Shown here in pieces: positions 1 through 8,869 of a stretch of DNA of 64,000 nucleotides. Source of the DNA: Armatimonadota bacterium (lineage in GTDB: Bacteria > Armatimonadota > SYMT01); contig JBKBRF010000007.1 of assembly GCA_046292385.1 (NCBI GenBank), forward strand, positions 1 to 64,000, written 5' to 3'. The position numbers and the translations under genes are program-made. The notes beneath the pieces are model-generated. The model was not told the DNA's origin. It did not search any database and saw nothing but the letters and a program-made list of their open reading frames with translations. Numbering within the stretch: position 1 is the first letter of the stretch; each line of letters starts with the position of its first letter.

Positions 1-89
1 AGTTTGAAGATGGGAAACGCACCAAGTGCCTGGCGGCGATGAGCCGCGAGCGGGCAGCGGAACGCGAGTGGGAGAAGGTCGCCGCCTGA
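1..89 (+). CDS. 3' end of an unknown CDS (partial)
   Basis: Frame from position 3 reads FEDGKRTKCLAAMSRERAAEREWEKVAA, stop TGA at 87-89. Confidence 0.45.
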   Translation, partial: FEDGKRTKCLAAMSRERAAEREWEKVAA

Positions 90-124
90 TCCGCTTTTAC
101 ACACCTATTGACAAGAGCTCCTCG

Positions 125-745
125 CGGGTTCGGAGGTGTTGCCCCTCCAAAGACATTGCGGTGGTAGCTAATGCAAGGTCGAAGCAGCGACCTCCTTGCT
201 GAAGCCGCCTTCGGCGGCCACCATCCTACGCCCGCGCCCCTACGGATTGGCCACCAACGTCCGGTGGAACCGGCTTCGACCTCCGATCCATGCCACCGTC
301 ACTGCGGGGTCACCTGGCGTTCACTGACGGGTGAGTCGACATCCACATGGCCCCGGAACGTCGTTGTTGGCCTAACAATTGGTCCGTACTTCCGGCCTCT
401 CCAGGCACGGTGAGGTACGGATTCCTGGTCCTAGCGGCAGGACTTTTCGCAGGAGCATGCAGCAGTGTGCCCGGAACACCCGCACGACCACATCGCGGAG
501 GGTGACCGGCTAAGTCGAACGGCCGTTACCCTCCTGCTAAAGGCGCGGCGGTCACCGCGCACAGGCCAGAACCCTAGGCTCCTGCCCTAACGGCGTCTGT
601 CACAGGTACGATGCCGGCGGTGACTGCGGCCTGGAGCACGGACGCGGATGAGAATCGGCTTCCCATCCCGATCTCGCCGCCTCGGTTCGAGAGCTCCGAC
701 GGGTAACGTGGGAGGGAGCGATCAGGCCCCCCTCACCCTTCCCGG
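125..745. ncRNA. Candidate large structured non-coding RNA or ssDNA element upstream of the polymerase
   Basis: No credible CDS; nested stems 241-246/383-388, 249-259/362-372, 296-301/325-330, 497-506/525-534, 173-178/194-199, hairpin 204-218. Confidence 0.35.
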
Positions 746-756
746 AGTTTTCCTGT

Positions 757-2157
757 TTGAGTTACATCTATGCCCCCCAGGCTGTGTCCCGAGAGTTGCG
801 CGATGCCGCTCTGGACCTCCACCCCGCCCTGCGAGGAGATGACCCTCGCGTCCAGCAGTTCCGACGCCTCTACGGGCACTTCTTGTTCTGCAACTACCTC
901 GACGAGCACGGACGGATCATCACTCCTCACCGGACGGTCCAGGTGGTATCCGAAGTGACGGCTCACCGAAAGGGAAAAGGAACCGGCGCGGTCCTTCGGG
1001 AGTTCAACGAGCAGGTCATGCCTATCGACCTGTCTGGCTACAGTAGGGAGTATGGGCTGGCCCGAACAGTGGACCCGCAGTTCCCCGCGGAGATCCTGTG
1101 GTTGAAGTCAAAGAGCCTGCCGCGGGATCCGGAGTTGCCGCGCGACCGCGTCGACTTTGCGACGGGTGAACGCGTTTCGGCCTTCGCCTCACACCAACGG
1201 GCCGCCGACTACGCGTCTCGGCTCCAGCAACAGCTCGTTGTCCCGCTCCACGGTCATACCGCGGAGCTGGCTGGGATCCTCAACGACCAGCCGCGACACG
1301 CGCTGCTGAAGCAGATCCGCCGCGGATGGGACGCCACGAGGCAGTACGTTCAGGAGCTGCCACACGGTCTCTGCCGCCACCTAACCGAAAACATTCTGCT
1401 ACACCTGCTGGAGTTCTCGCCGGTCCCGCAGTACAGTGCGGTGGAGCGGTCGCCGCGGCTGTTCGCCCAGGGGGTGAATCTCACCCAAACACCGCGGGAA
1501 GGGCGGGGACATCTTCTCGGGGGCACGCTACTCGACCTCCGCTGCGCTCAGCTCGCGATCGTGGCGACCCTCTGGGGGGTGGACGAACTCCGGCAGTTCC
1601 TGGCGGACGGAGGCGCCATCTGGAAGGAGCTTCTGGGGCACGTCGGCCTCGGGGATCAGCTCGAGAGGTTTAAGCCCGTGCTCAAGGAGGCGGTCTACGG
1701 TACCATCTACGGGGCGAAGCGCCACAACGTGCTGCGGGAGCTCTCCCGCGGTCGGCCCGCGGCGCCCGGCGTGGGAGACGAGAGGGCGAAGACGCTGCTC
1801 GAGCACCCGTTCATGCAGGTACTGTTCGACCGCCGGGAAGCCAGGCAAGCGCAGATCCTTGACGACGGCGGCGTACGCAACGCCTTCGGCCAGTGGATTC
1901 CGTGTACCACTGGCCACCCGCATGAACTCCGCTCCCTCCTCTGCCAGCAGGTTCAGAGTTTCGAGATGCGGCTGATGCTCACGCTGGTGCCGGTGTTGCG
2001 GGACGAGCGCAACCTGCGCCCGCTCGCGTGGCTGCACGACGGGCTCGTCGTTCACGTAACGGACGACACGAAGTACACGCGAATCATCGCCCGGATGAAA
2101 CGCGTTGTTCAGGTCGAAGCGGACCGACTGGGCTTCCCCACCGGACTGGACCACTAG
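757..2157 (+). CDS. Divergent superfamily-A DNA polymerase (TV-Pol-like, no exonuclease domain)
   Basis: RLFAQGVNLTQTPREGR (PolA motif 2-like), motif A LLD260LRCAQLAIV, motif B KPVLK310EAVY314GTIYG, QSFE helix, motif C WLH427D428GL; TTG start with GGAG at 744-747. Confidence 0.75.
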   Translation: MSYIYAPQAVSRELRDAALDLHPALRGDDPRVQQFRRLYGHFLFCNYLDEHGRIITPHRTVQVVSEVTAHRKGKGTGAVLREFNEQVMPIDLSGYSREYGLARTVDPQFPAEILWLKSKSLPRDPELPRDRVDFATGERVSAFASHQRAADYASRLQQQLVVPLHGHTAELAGILNDQPRHALLKQIRRGWDATRQYVQELPHGLCRHLTENILLHLLEFSPVPQYSAVERSPRLFAQGVNLTQTPREGRGHLLGGTLLDLRCAQLAIVATLWGVDELRQFLADGGAIWKELLGHVGLGDQLERFKPVLKEAVYGTIYGAKRHNVLRELSRGRPAAPGVGDERAKTLLEHPFMQVLFDRREARQAQILDDGGVRNAFGQWIPCTTGHPHELRSLLCQQVQSFEMRLMLTLVPVLRDERNLRPLAWLHDGLVVHVTDDTKYTRIIARMKRVVQVEADRLGFPTGLDH

Positions 2158-2746
2158 GCTCTTAGGAACCTGTAATCCGATTCTTGAGGCGGAGGGCGAC
2201 GCGGGGCACCCGACCAGCGGCCCCCAGGCCACCGGGAGGGGGCGGGAGGCCCCCACCCAGGGAGGCCCGGGCGTATGTGTCCCCCCAACTACCAGATTCG
2301 TGGCTAGATTCTCTTCACCGGCATGCTAACTTGCCCTGCTGGGGCGATAGCGGCTGTTGCACGACTGCCTGGCGTATCAACGGGTCGCTGCCGCGGGAGC
2401 CGCTTGCGGGCGCAGACAAGCGCTCCGCTAACGGTGGCATCGCCCGGAACGCTGTTACACCCAAGGGATGATGACCGGGACGTGGCGTCCTCGATGGCTT
2501 CAAGAGTTCGTCAGCGGCGCGATTCCAGGGGAGCGCTACCGAGGACGCCCGCCGGTTCCACTCCGGCGCACTCCGCTGCCGTTTTCACGAGAGAGCTAGT
2601 CAACGGTTCCTGGCACCCGGGTCCGGGAACCGGCATCTCCCAAACCACTAATCGCCCGGGTATCGAGTCGCCCTGCGGTCAGAGACCCGCTCAACCAAGG
2701 AAGGAGTTCTCAAACAATAGTGTGAACCTCGCGCTGAGGTTCCGCC

Positions 2747-5700
2747 GTGCCCCCCGCCAAACCCCTCGTCCGCGCTACCCAGATCGGTGAGTTCATCCGC
2801 CACGGCGGCTGCGAGCGCCGTTTCAAGCTTGCCTTCAACGACTATGAGCTCGCGAACGCGCTCCCCTTCTTCTTCCAGCTCTCCACCACCATCGACCCGG
2901 TCCTCTCCGAGGCCGGCCGGCGCCGCGAGCGTGAGTGGGAGGAGCTAGTCCAAAGCGCCGGACTGGTAGATCTGTGCCGCTACGAGGAGCGGGAGGGCGA
3001 GGAGAAGACGCCCTGGGACGCCTTTGCGGCGCTGGCCGCGGCGCTGCCGGCGGGCACCAGTGGCTACGGCCGCGAGATCGAGGTCCGAGGGGAGATCGGC
3101 GGCTTCGCGGTGGTGGGCCGCATCGACTTCGTCCTGCTCCTCTGGACCGGGGACCGGTTCCGTCTCCGGCTTGTGGAGTGCAAAGCCAGCCGCCGCGACC
3201 GCACCTACCATCGCGTCCAGCTCGTCCTCTATCTCCTGATCCTGCGTCAGCTCCTCGCCGAGCAGCCCCTCGTGATCGACGGAGTTCCGGTCGCGCCCCA
3301 GGACCTGGAGTGCGTGGTCGCGCGGATCGACGAAGCGACCGACACGGTCCACGACGTGCTCGCGCTGCCGCCGCTGGACCTCTCCATGGAAGAAGCCGAC
3401 GTCCTCCGGCTGCTCGCCGCGAACGGTCCGCTCCAGCGCGTGCTCGCCACGGAGCTGGACGCGCTTCCGTTCCAGCTCGACTCGCGCTGCGACGACTGCG
3501 CTCTCCATGTCCACTGCCTCGCAGAGAGCGCTCGCCAGCGCCGGGTGGAGCTCCTGGGCGTTGACCCGAGCACTGCCCGCACGCTGCGGCAGGCCAGGAT
3601 CACCAGCCTTGACGACGTCGCCGAGCTCGACCTCGACAGCCCGGCGGCAGCCCGGATCCGCCGGGACCCCGGTTTCAGCGGCAACCTGGCAACCCTCGTG
3701 CTGAAGGCGCGGGCGCGGCGGCGCACCCTGCCAGGTGGCGACGGCGATCCGGAGGACCTGGAGGTGATGCCGCTCCCTCATAGCGGCAGCGGACAGCTCC
3801 CGGCCCACCTTCTCGATTCCGGCCGCCTCGTGCGCGTGTTTGTCTCGATCAGCTTTGACTACGTCGAGAACCGCGTCGGCGCGGTGGCCGCACACGTCAC
3901 CCGCAGTGACCGGCCGCTCTCGACACTGTTCCGCCAGGACGAGCAGGGGCGCTGGCGTCCGGACCCCGCCCCACGCGAGCAGTGGAAGGAAGACGGGAAT
4001 CCCGAGTGGCGGGAGCGTCCCGTGCAGGGCCAGGAGGTGGTCGGCGTCCTGCCCCAGGCGTGGTCCGGGGACTACGGCGCCGACACCGACCGCGAGCGGG
4101 ACCTGCTGCAGCGCTTCTTTGCGCGGCTCACCCAGGCGATCGGAAGCTACTGCCCTTCCGGTGAGGCGCCGGTCCACCTCTACTTCTGGAGCCGCGGCGA
4201 GGTCACGCGCCTGGTAGAAGCGTGCTCCCGCTGCGGAGGCGACCTGCTGGGACACCTCCGAGAGTTGCTCGGCTGCCGGGCCCCGCTCGAGCAGTTGATC
4301 TACTCCGTGCTGAAGGACGAGGTGGAGCACCGGTACGCGCTCGGCTGGTCCGGCAACGGACTGGTCGTCGCCAGCTCCCTCAAGTGGTTCGGGAGGCGCT
4401 TCCACTACACGCGCCGCGTCGGCGAGGAGGTCGTTGCGCTCGATCGGATCTTCGCCCAGGACCTTTTTGACTTCAAGACGACGCTCCGCTTCCGTGGAGA
4501 GAGGCCGGGGCAGCCGTGGCGGCCACCCGACGACACCGAGGCGGACCGTCACGCGTTCGAGGTTCACGCCTGCTTCGAGGACGCGCTGCCGGCGCCGTAC
4601 TGGCGGGCCGCTTGGGGCACCCTACCGGACCCGGAGGAGCCGAAAGTCCGGGTACGGCTGGACCCGAAGATCCGGGCGGCGCTGCGCCGCTACCGCCAGG
4701 CGGGCAGCCGACGCCTGCTCCGCGCCTATCTGGCCTCCCGCGTGCAGGCGCTGCGCTGGATCGAGGAGTCGATCAAGTTCAAGAACGACGGGATTCAAAA
4801 GCCGCCGCTGCGAGTAGACCGGCTCGCCAACTTCCAGCTCGGCGTCAACGACACCGCCCGCGCCGCGCTCGACTTCCTCTGGCTGGAGCAGCACGTCAAG
4901 GTGAACGACTGGTTGGCAACCCACCTTCTACCCCCGGTCACCCGCGTCCCCGAAGGTAAGACCGTCCCGCTCCGCAACCTCCGCGCCGTAGACGACAACG
5001 TGCTAGAGGCACAAATCGACCTCTCCGGCTACCCGTTCGACCGGGCCGCCCTGGAGACACGCTGTAGCTTCGCCGAGGGTGCCTTCGTACGCGTCAGCCC
5101 GTGCAGCGACGACCCCGCCCGCGGCCAGACGGTGAAGCAGCTCCTGCTGGCTGGCACCACCTGTGTAATCGAGCGGCTCGACTGGGAAGCCGGCGTCGTC
5201 CGTCTCGCCGTCCGACCTAACCGCGGGTCCGATCGGTACCTCCTCCGGAGCGGGGCATGGTCGACCGATCGGGATCCGTACCCGCACGCTACCATGGACG
5301 AGAGCCCCAGCGACTTCGTCGGCGGCCGGGTCGACGCCCGGCTACAGACCGGGCTCGGCTCGCACGCGTACTCCTGGTTCGACCCGACCGGGGCGCAACT
5401 CCCCGCCCAGGAGCCGCTCGAGGCGGAGCTCGCACTCCGATACGAGAGCCTGCTCCGCTCCTGGGCCGGGGCCAATTGCCCGCTGGCGGAGGACCAGCTC
5501 CGCGCCGCGCTCGACGGCTTGGGGGCGCGGGTGCAGCTTCTGCAGGGACCCCCTGGGACCGGTAAGACCCAGAGTACGGCGATAGCGATCCTGCTCCGGG
5601 TCCTGGCGCGGTATAGACCCGGCGACGTGGTGCTCGTGACGGGCAATACCCACCTCGCGGTCGATACGCTGCTCTCCCGCGTGCTCGCGCTGCTCCCCGC

Positions 5701-6910
5701 GTGGGAGGCGCACGTGACCGCGCAGGGACTCACGATGCCGCGTCTCCGCGTCGCGCGGGTCCACTCGTCGTTCTTCGGCACGCCCAGCACGGACGATCCG
5801 GTCGACCTCGGCGCCGATCGCTGCCACGTGCGGGTGCAGGAGTTGCAGGATGACGGCGTGCTGCTCCTCGGCGGCACCCCGGGAGCGCTGCTCAAGATGG
5901 CGGCCAATCTCGGCAAGTATCTTCCGTGGAAGCAGGAGCCGAACCGGTTCCAGGCGTCTCTGCTCGTCGTCGACGAAGCGTCGATGCTCCTCTTCCCGCA
6001 CTTCCTGGCGCTGACGTCGCTGACGCGGCAGGACGGGCAGATCCTGCTGGCCGGAGACCACCGACAGCTCGCGCCGATCATCGGACACGACTGGGAGAAC
6101 GAGGACCGGCCCACGGCCGTGCTCTACCAGCCGCACGTCTCCGCCTACGAGGCGGTCCAGCGCCTGAAGCTGGTGCAGGGTCTCCAGGACAACCAGATCC
6201 TACGCAGCGGCCTCCGCTACACCTTCCGGTTGCCGGCGCCGATCCGCGAGCTCCTCACGCGGCTCTACCGGCGCGACGGCCTGGAGTTGGAGGGGCGCAC
6301 CGACCCGGCCGGAGGTGGCGCTCCGCTGCCGACTTCGCCATGGGAGGCGCTCTGGAACGCGGAGGGCGGGTTGTTCCTGGTCACCCACGACGAGCGCAAC
6401 TCCAAGCAGTCGAACCCCATGGAAGCAGCGCTCATCCAGGAGATCCTGGCCGCGGGGGAGCGCCTGGGTCGGCTCGAGCCCGGCTCGGTCGGCATCGTAA
6501 TGCCGCACCGCTCGCAACGGGCGCTCCTGAAGCACGGGCTGCAGCAGTTCGACGGCGCCGTCGATGTGCTGGACACGGTGGAGCGACTGCAGGGCGGCGA
6601 GCGGGAGACGATCCTGGTCTCCGCCACCGCGAGTGACCCGACCGTGATCGCCGCTCGGGCCGACTTTCTCCTGAATCTCAACCGGGCGAACGTGGCGTTC
6701 AGCCGCGCGAAGCGGCGGCTGATCGTGGTGTGCGCGGAGTCACTCCTGACCCACATCGCGCCCGAGGTCGAGCACTACGAAGCGGCGGTCCTCTGGAAGG
6801 GGCTGCGGTCCCTCTGCTCGGAACCGGTAGCGCGGGTGACGCTCGGAGAGCATCGGGCTGAGCTGTGGAGGTATCCGCGCGGGGGTCCGTCGGGTGCCGG
6901 GTCTGGCTGA
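2747..6910 (+). CDS. Cas4/RecB-like PD-(D/E)XK Fe-S nuclease fused to a Dna2/UPF1-like SF1 helicase (TM0106-like architecture)
   Basis: GRID..LVECK..QLVLY nuclease motifs; N-terminal Cys plus CDDCALHVHC; HhH-like LLGVDPSTARTL; helicase motifs QGPPGTGKT, VDEAS, AGDHRQL, DTVERLQGGER, NRANVAFSRAKRR. Confidence 0.9.
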   Translation: MPPAKPLVRATQIGEFIRHGGCERRFKLAFNDYELANALPFFFQLSTTIDPVLSEAGRRREREWEELVQSAGLVDLCRYEEREGEEKTPWDAFAALAAALPAGTSGYGREIEVRGEIGGFAVVGRIDFVLLLWTGDRFRLRLVECKASRRDRTYHRVQLVLYLLILRQLLAEQPLVIDGVPVAPQDLECVVARIDEATDTVHDVLALPPLDLSMEEADVLRLLAANGPLQRVLATELDALPFQLDSRCDDCALHVHCLAESARQRRVELLGVDPSTARTLRQARITSLDDVAELDLDSPAAARIRRDPGFSGNLATLVLKARARRRTLPGGDGDPEDLEVMPLPHSGSGQLPAHLLDSGRLVRVFVSISFDYVENRVGAVAAHVTRSDRPLSTLFRQDEQGRWRPDPAPREQWKEDGNPEWRERPVQGQEVVGVLPQAWSGDYGADTDRERDLLQRFFARLTQAIGSYCPSGEAPVHLYFWSRGEVTRLVEACSRCGGDLLGHLRELLGCRAPLEQLIYSVLKDEVEHRYALGWSGNGLVVASSLKWFGRRFHYTRRVGEEVVALDRIFAQDLFDFKTTLRFRGERPGQPWRPPDDTEADRHAFEVHACFEDALPAPYWRAAWGTLPDPEEPKVRVRLDPKIRAALRRYRQAGSRRLLRAYLASRVQALRWIEESIKFKNDGIQKPPLRVDRLANFQLGVNDTARAALDFLWLEQHVKVNDWLATHLLPPVTRVPEGKTVPLRNLRAVDDNVLEAQIDLSGYPFDRAALETRCSFAEGAFVRVSPCSDDPARGQTVKQLLLAGTTCVIERLDWEAGVVRLAVRPNRGSDRYLLRSGAWSTDRDPYPHATMDESPSDFVGGRVDARLQTGLGSHAYSWFDPTGAQLPAQEPLEAELALRYESLLRSWAGANCPLAEDQLRAALDGLGARVQLLQGPPGTGKTQSTAIAILLRVLARYRPGDVVLVTGNTHLAVDTLLSRVLALLPAWEAHVTAQGLTMPRLRVARVHSSFFGTPSTDDPVDLGADRCHVRVQELQDDGVLLLGGTPGALLKMAANLGKYLPWKQEPNRFQASLLVVDEASMLLFPHFLALTSLTRQDGQILLAGDHRQLAPIIGHDWENEDRPTAVLYQPHVSAYEAVQRLKLVQGLQDNQILRSGLRYTFRLPAPIRELLTRLYRRDGLELEGRTDPAGGGAPLPTSPWEALWNAEGGLFLVTHDERNSKQSNPMEAALIQEILAAGERLGRLEPGSVGIVMPHRSQRALLKHGLQQFDGAVDVLDTVERLQGGERETILVSATASDPTVIAARADFLLNLNRANVAFSRAKRRLIVVCAESLLTHIAPEVEHYEAAVLWKGLRSLCSEPVARVTLGEHRAELWRYPRGGPSGAGSG

Positions 6911-6974
6911 AAGCTCCAGGCTCACCTGGTTCGACGTCGAACTAGGGTAGTCGAGAAGCAGCCCACGGAGGCTG

Positions 6975-7247
6975 CTACCGCTCGCCGCGACGAAGTCGGG
7001 GGCGAGTCACCTGTGCCGAGGGCTCATCGGCCAGCGCCTCTGCCCGGGTAATGAGCTCGGCGGCGCTCAGCCCAAGCGCGTCCGCCAGTCGGAAGACCAT
7101 GCTGATCGTGGCGCTGTACTGCCCGTTCTCCAGGTAGCTGATGTACGGACGCGTGCAGTCGATCGCCTCCGCCAGCTTCTCCTGGGAGAGGCCGGCGTTC
7201 TGACGCAACTCGCGCAGCACTTGCCCGAACGCCGCTTCCGGGGTCAC
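6975..7247 (-). CDS. XRE-family HTH transcriptional regulator
   Basis: FGQVLRELRQNAGLSQEKLA..YISYLENG..LADALG, typical HTH_3 pattern. Confidence 0.9.
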   Translation of the reverse strand: MTPEAAFGQVLRELRQNAGLSQEKLAEAIDCTRPYISYLENGQYSATISMVFRLADALGLSAAELITRAEALADEPSAQVTRPRLRRGER

Positions 7248-7295
7248 CGCCCATTCTCCCGCCTGGGTTCACGCATTCAGGGAGAGTTTGGAAGT

Positions 7296-7328
7296 TTGAC
7301 GTTCCGGTGACCGTCTAGTAAACTTTAC
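7296..7328 (+). promoter_or_regulatory. Sigma70-type promoter with overlapping palindromic operator
   Basis: TTGACG (7296-7301), 17 nt spacer, TAAACT (7319-7324); palindrome GTAAA-C-TTTAC at 7318-7328. Confidence 0.65.
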
Positions 7329-7401
7329 ATGCAGCGCTCGGGATGCCGGAGGGGGGACGGGCGCTAGTGCGATCAGCTACTACCACCCTTCCGATCGAGG
7401 G

Positions 7402-7740
7402 ATGATGCCGAGTATCTGGACCGTGAGCTACGTTCACCGCGACGGGATCGACGTGTCGACCTACAGCTCCGAGGAGGCTGCCTACCAGGGCGCTGCCATT
7501 ACGATCGCCAACCAGGTGGAGAACTGGGGTACGGAGCTCAAAGGTGAGACGCTGGCCGAGTTGTTCCTCGGCGGGCAGTACCGGGAGATGGTGAATCGCT
7601 GGCAGGAGCAGCAGCGCCCCGGACCCTGGGGTGAGCCCGAGCGATTGGAGTTCGAGCAAGACGACGTAGACGCGCCGCTTGCCGCGCTCGAGCAGGTCCA
7701 GGAGAAGGTGCGCCGCTGGCTGCGCGAGGACGAGGCGTGA
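7402..7740 (+). CDS. Hypothetical protein (112 aa)
   Basis: GAGG RBS, coding-like codon bias, downstream of the 7296 promoter. Confidence 0.7.
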   Translation: MMPSIWTVSYVHRDGIDVSTYSSEEAAYQGAAITIANQVENWGTELKGETLAELFLGGQYREMVNRWQEQQRPGPWGEPERLEFEQDDVDAPLAALEQVQEKVRRWLREDEA

Positions 7741-7832
7741 GCCTGGGGCCTGGGTGAAGGCCGGAACACCCAAGCTGATCTTCAGGCGGACGTGGATCGC
7801 GAGCGATGCTGAACGGGAGATGGAGAAGCGAC

Positions 7833-8690
7833 ATGGAAGCAAGAGCGAACCAGTATCGAATGGAGTATCTGCCGACGGGAGCCCTAGATCTCGACCCGCA
7901 GCAGTCCGGAAAGCGGAGAGATGAGCCCCGCCGGCTCGCCAGCCTCAAAGCGAACATCCAGCAGCGCGGATTACTGCACCCCCTCCTGGCACGACCGTAT
8001 CGGGATGATCCGGAGCGTTTTCGCGTCTACGCGGGAGGACGCCGGCTACTCGCCCTGAGACAGTTGCAGGCTGAACTTCCGGGAGAGTGGGACTTCGTAC
8101 CCTGCTTCATCACGGAGGGCCAAGGCGATGTAGAGGCCCTGGTGGACTCGATCTCGGAGAACGTCCACCGCCAGGACCTCACCGCGCTGGAGAAGGGAGA
8201 GAACATCCTCCAACTGATCGCCGCGGGCCTCAACATGAAGCAGATTGCTCCGATCGTGAACCTGGACTACGGCTTGATCCGGGACTATGCCGCAGGAACG
8301 CGGCACGCCATCGCATGCCCCGATCTCATGGAACTCGATCGGCAGAAGCCGATCCCGGAACGGATCCTGAAGGTGCTCCCGAAGGATCCCGAGCTACTCG
8401 ACTGGACGACCGCCCTATGGCGCGACTGGGAGGGAGACGTGGAGCCCCTCGCGAAGCGCATCACCCGCAAGCGGAAGGGCATCGAGTCTCCGGAGATCCC
8501 GGGAGGGCGGGGAGCATCTCGGATCGACCGCTTCCAGGCGTGCGTCAAGAGTCTTACCGCCGTCTGCGCGACGAACCTGCTGGAACTGGGGCCTCTCACC
8601 GCCGCGGAAGCCGTAGAGGTCCAACGCCTCCAACATTGGCTCGGACTCACCGCCACTCACCTCCAGTCGTTCGCCGCCCCGACCGAGTAG
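7833..8690 (+). CDS. ParB/RepB/Spo0J-family protein; start uncertain (7806, 7833 or 7860)
   Basis: LKANIQQRGLLHPLLARP..VYAGGRRLLA..SISENVHRQDLTALE (ParB N-terminal domain) followed by an HTH-like segment. Confidence 0.85.
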   Translation: MEARANQYRMEYLPTGALDLDPQQSGKRRDEPRRLASLKANIQQRGLLHPLLARPYRDDPERFRVYAGGRRLLALRQLQAELPGEWDFVPCFITEGQGDVEALVDSISENVHRQDLTALEKGENILQLIAAGLNMKQIAPIVNLDYGLIRDYAAGTRHAIACPDLMELDRQKPIPERILKVLPKDPELLDWTTALWRDWEGDVEPLAKRITRKRKGIESPEIPGGRGASRIDRFQACVKSLTAVCATNLLELGPLTAAEAVEVQRLQHWLGLTATHLQSFAAPTE

Positions 8691-8869
8691 TACTGCCAGC
8701 TACCATCCCACGACAGCCAAGTGATCCGAATCGGGCTAACGACCGCGTCCGACCCGCAGGCGGAAGAAGTAGTACGCGCGGAGGTAGCTCCTTCACGCGT
8801 ACCCACGCGGCCCCTCACGCGCCCGGGCATCCCCTCACGGCCCCCGCTGGTCGTCGCTGGTCTCGGCGG

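Noticed and set aside
125..745. Group I/II intron or retron msr-msd
   Set aside because: No domain V or group I core motifs recognised, and the adjacent enzyme has PolA motifs rather than a YxDD reverse transcriptase motif.
171..842. Small ORFs (80 and 64 aa) upstream of the polymerase
   Set aside because: No codon bias or motifs; region treated as non-coding, though short peptides cannot be excluded.
2945..6136. Long minus-strand ORFs (540, 361 and 264 aa)
   Set aside because: Shadows of the nuclease-helicase gene.
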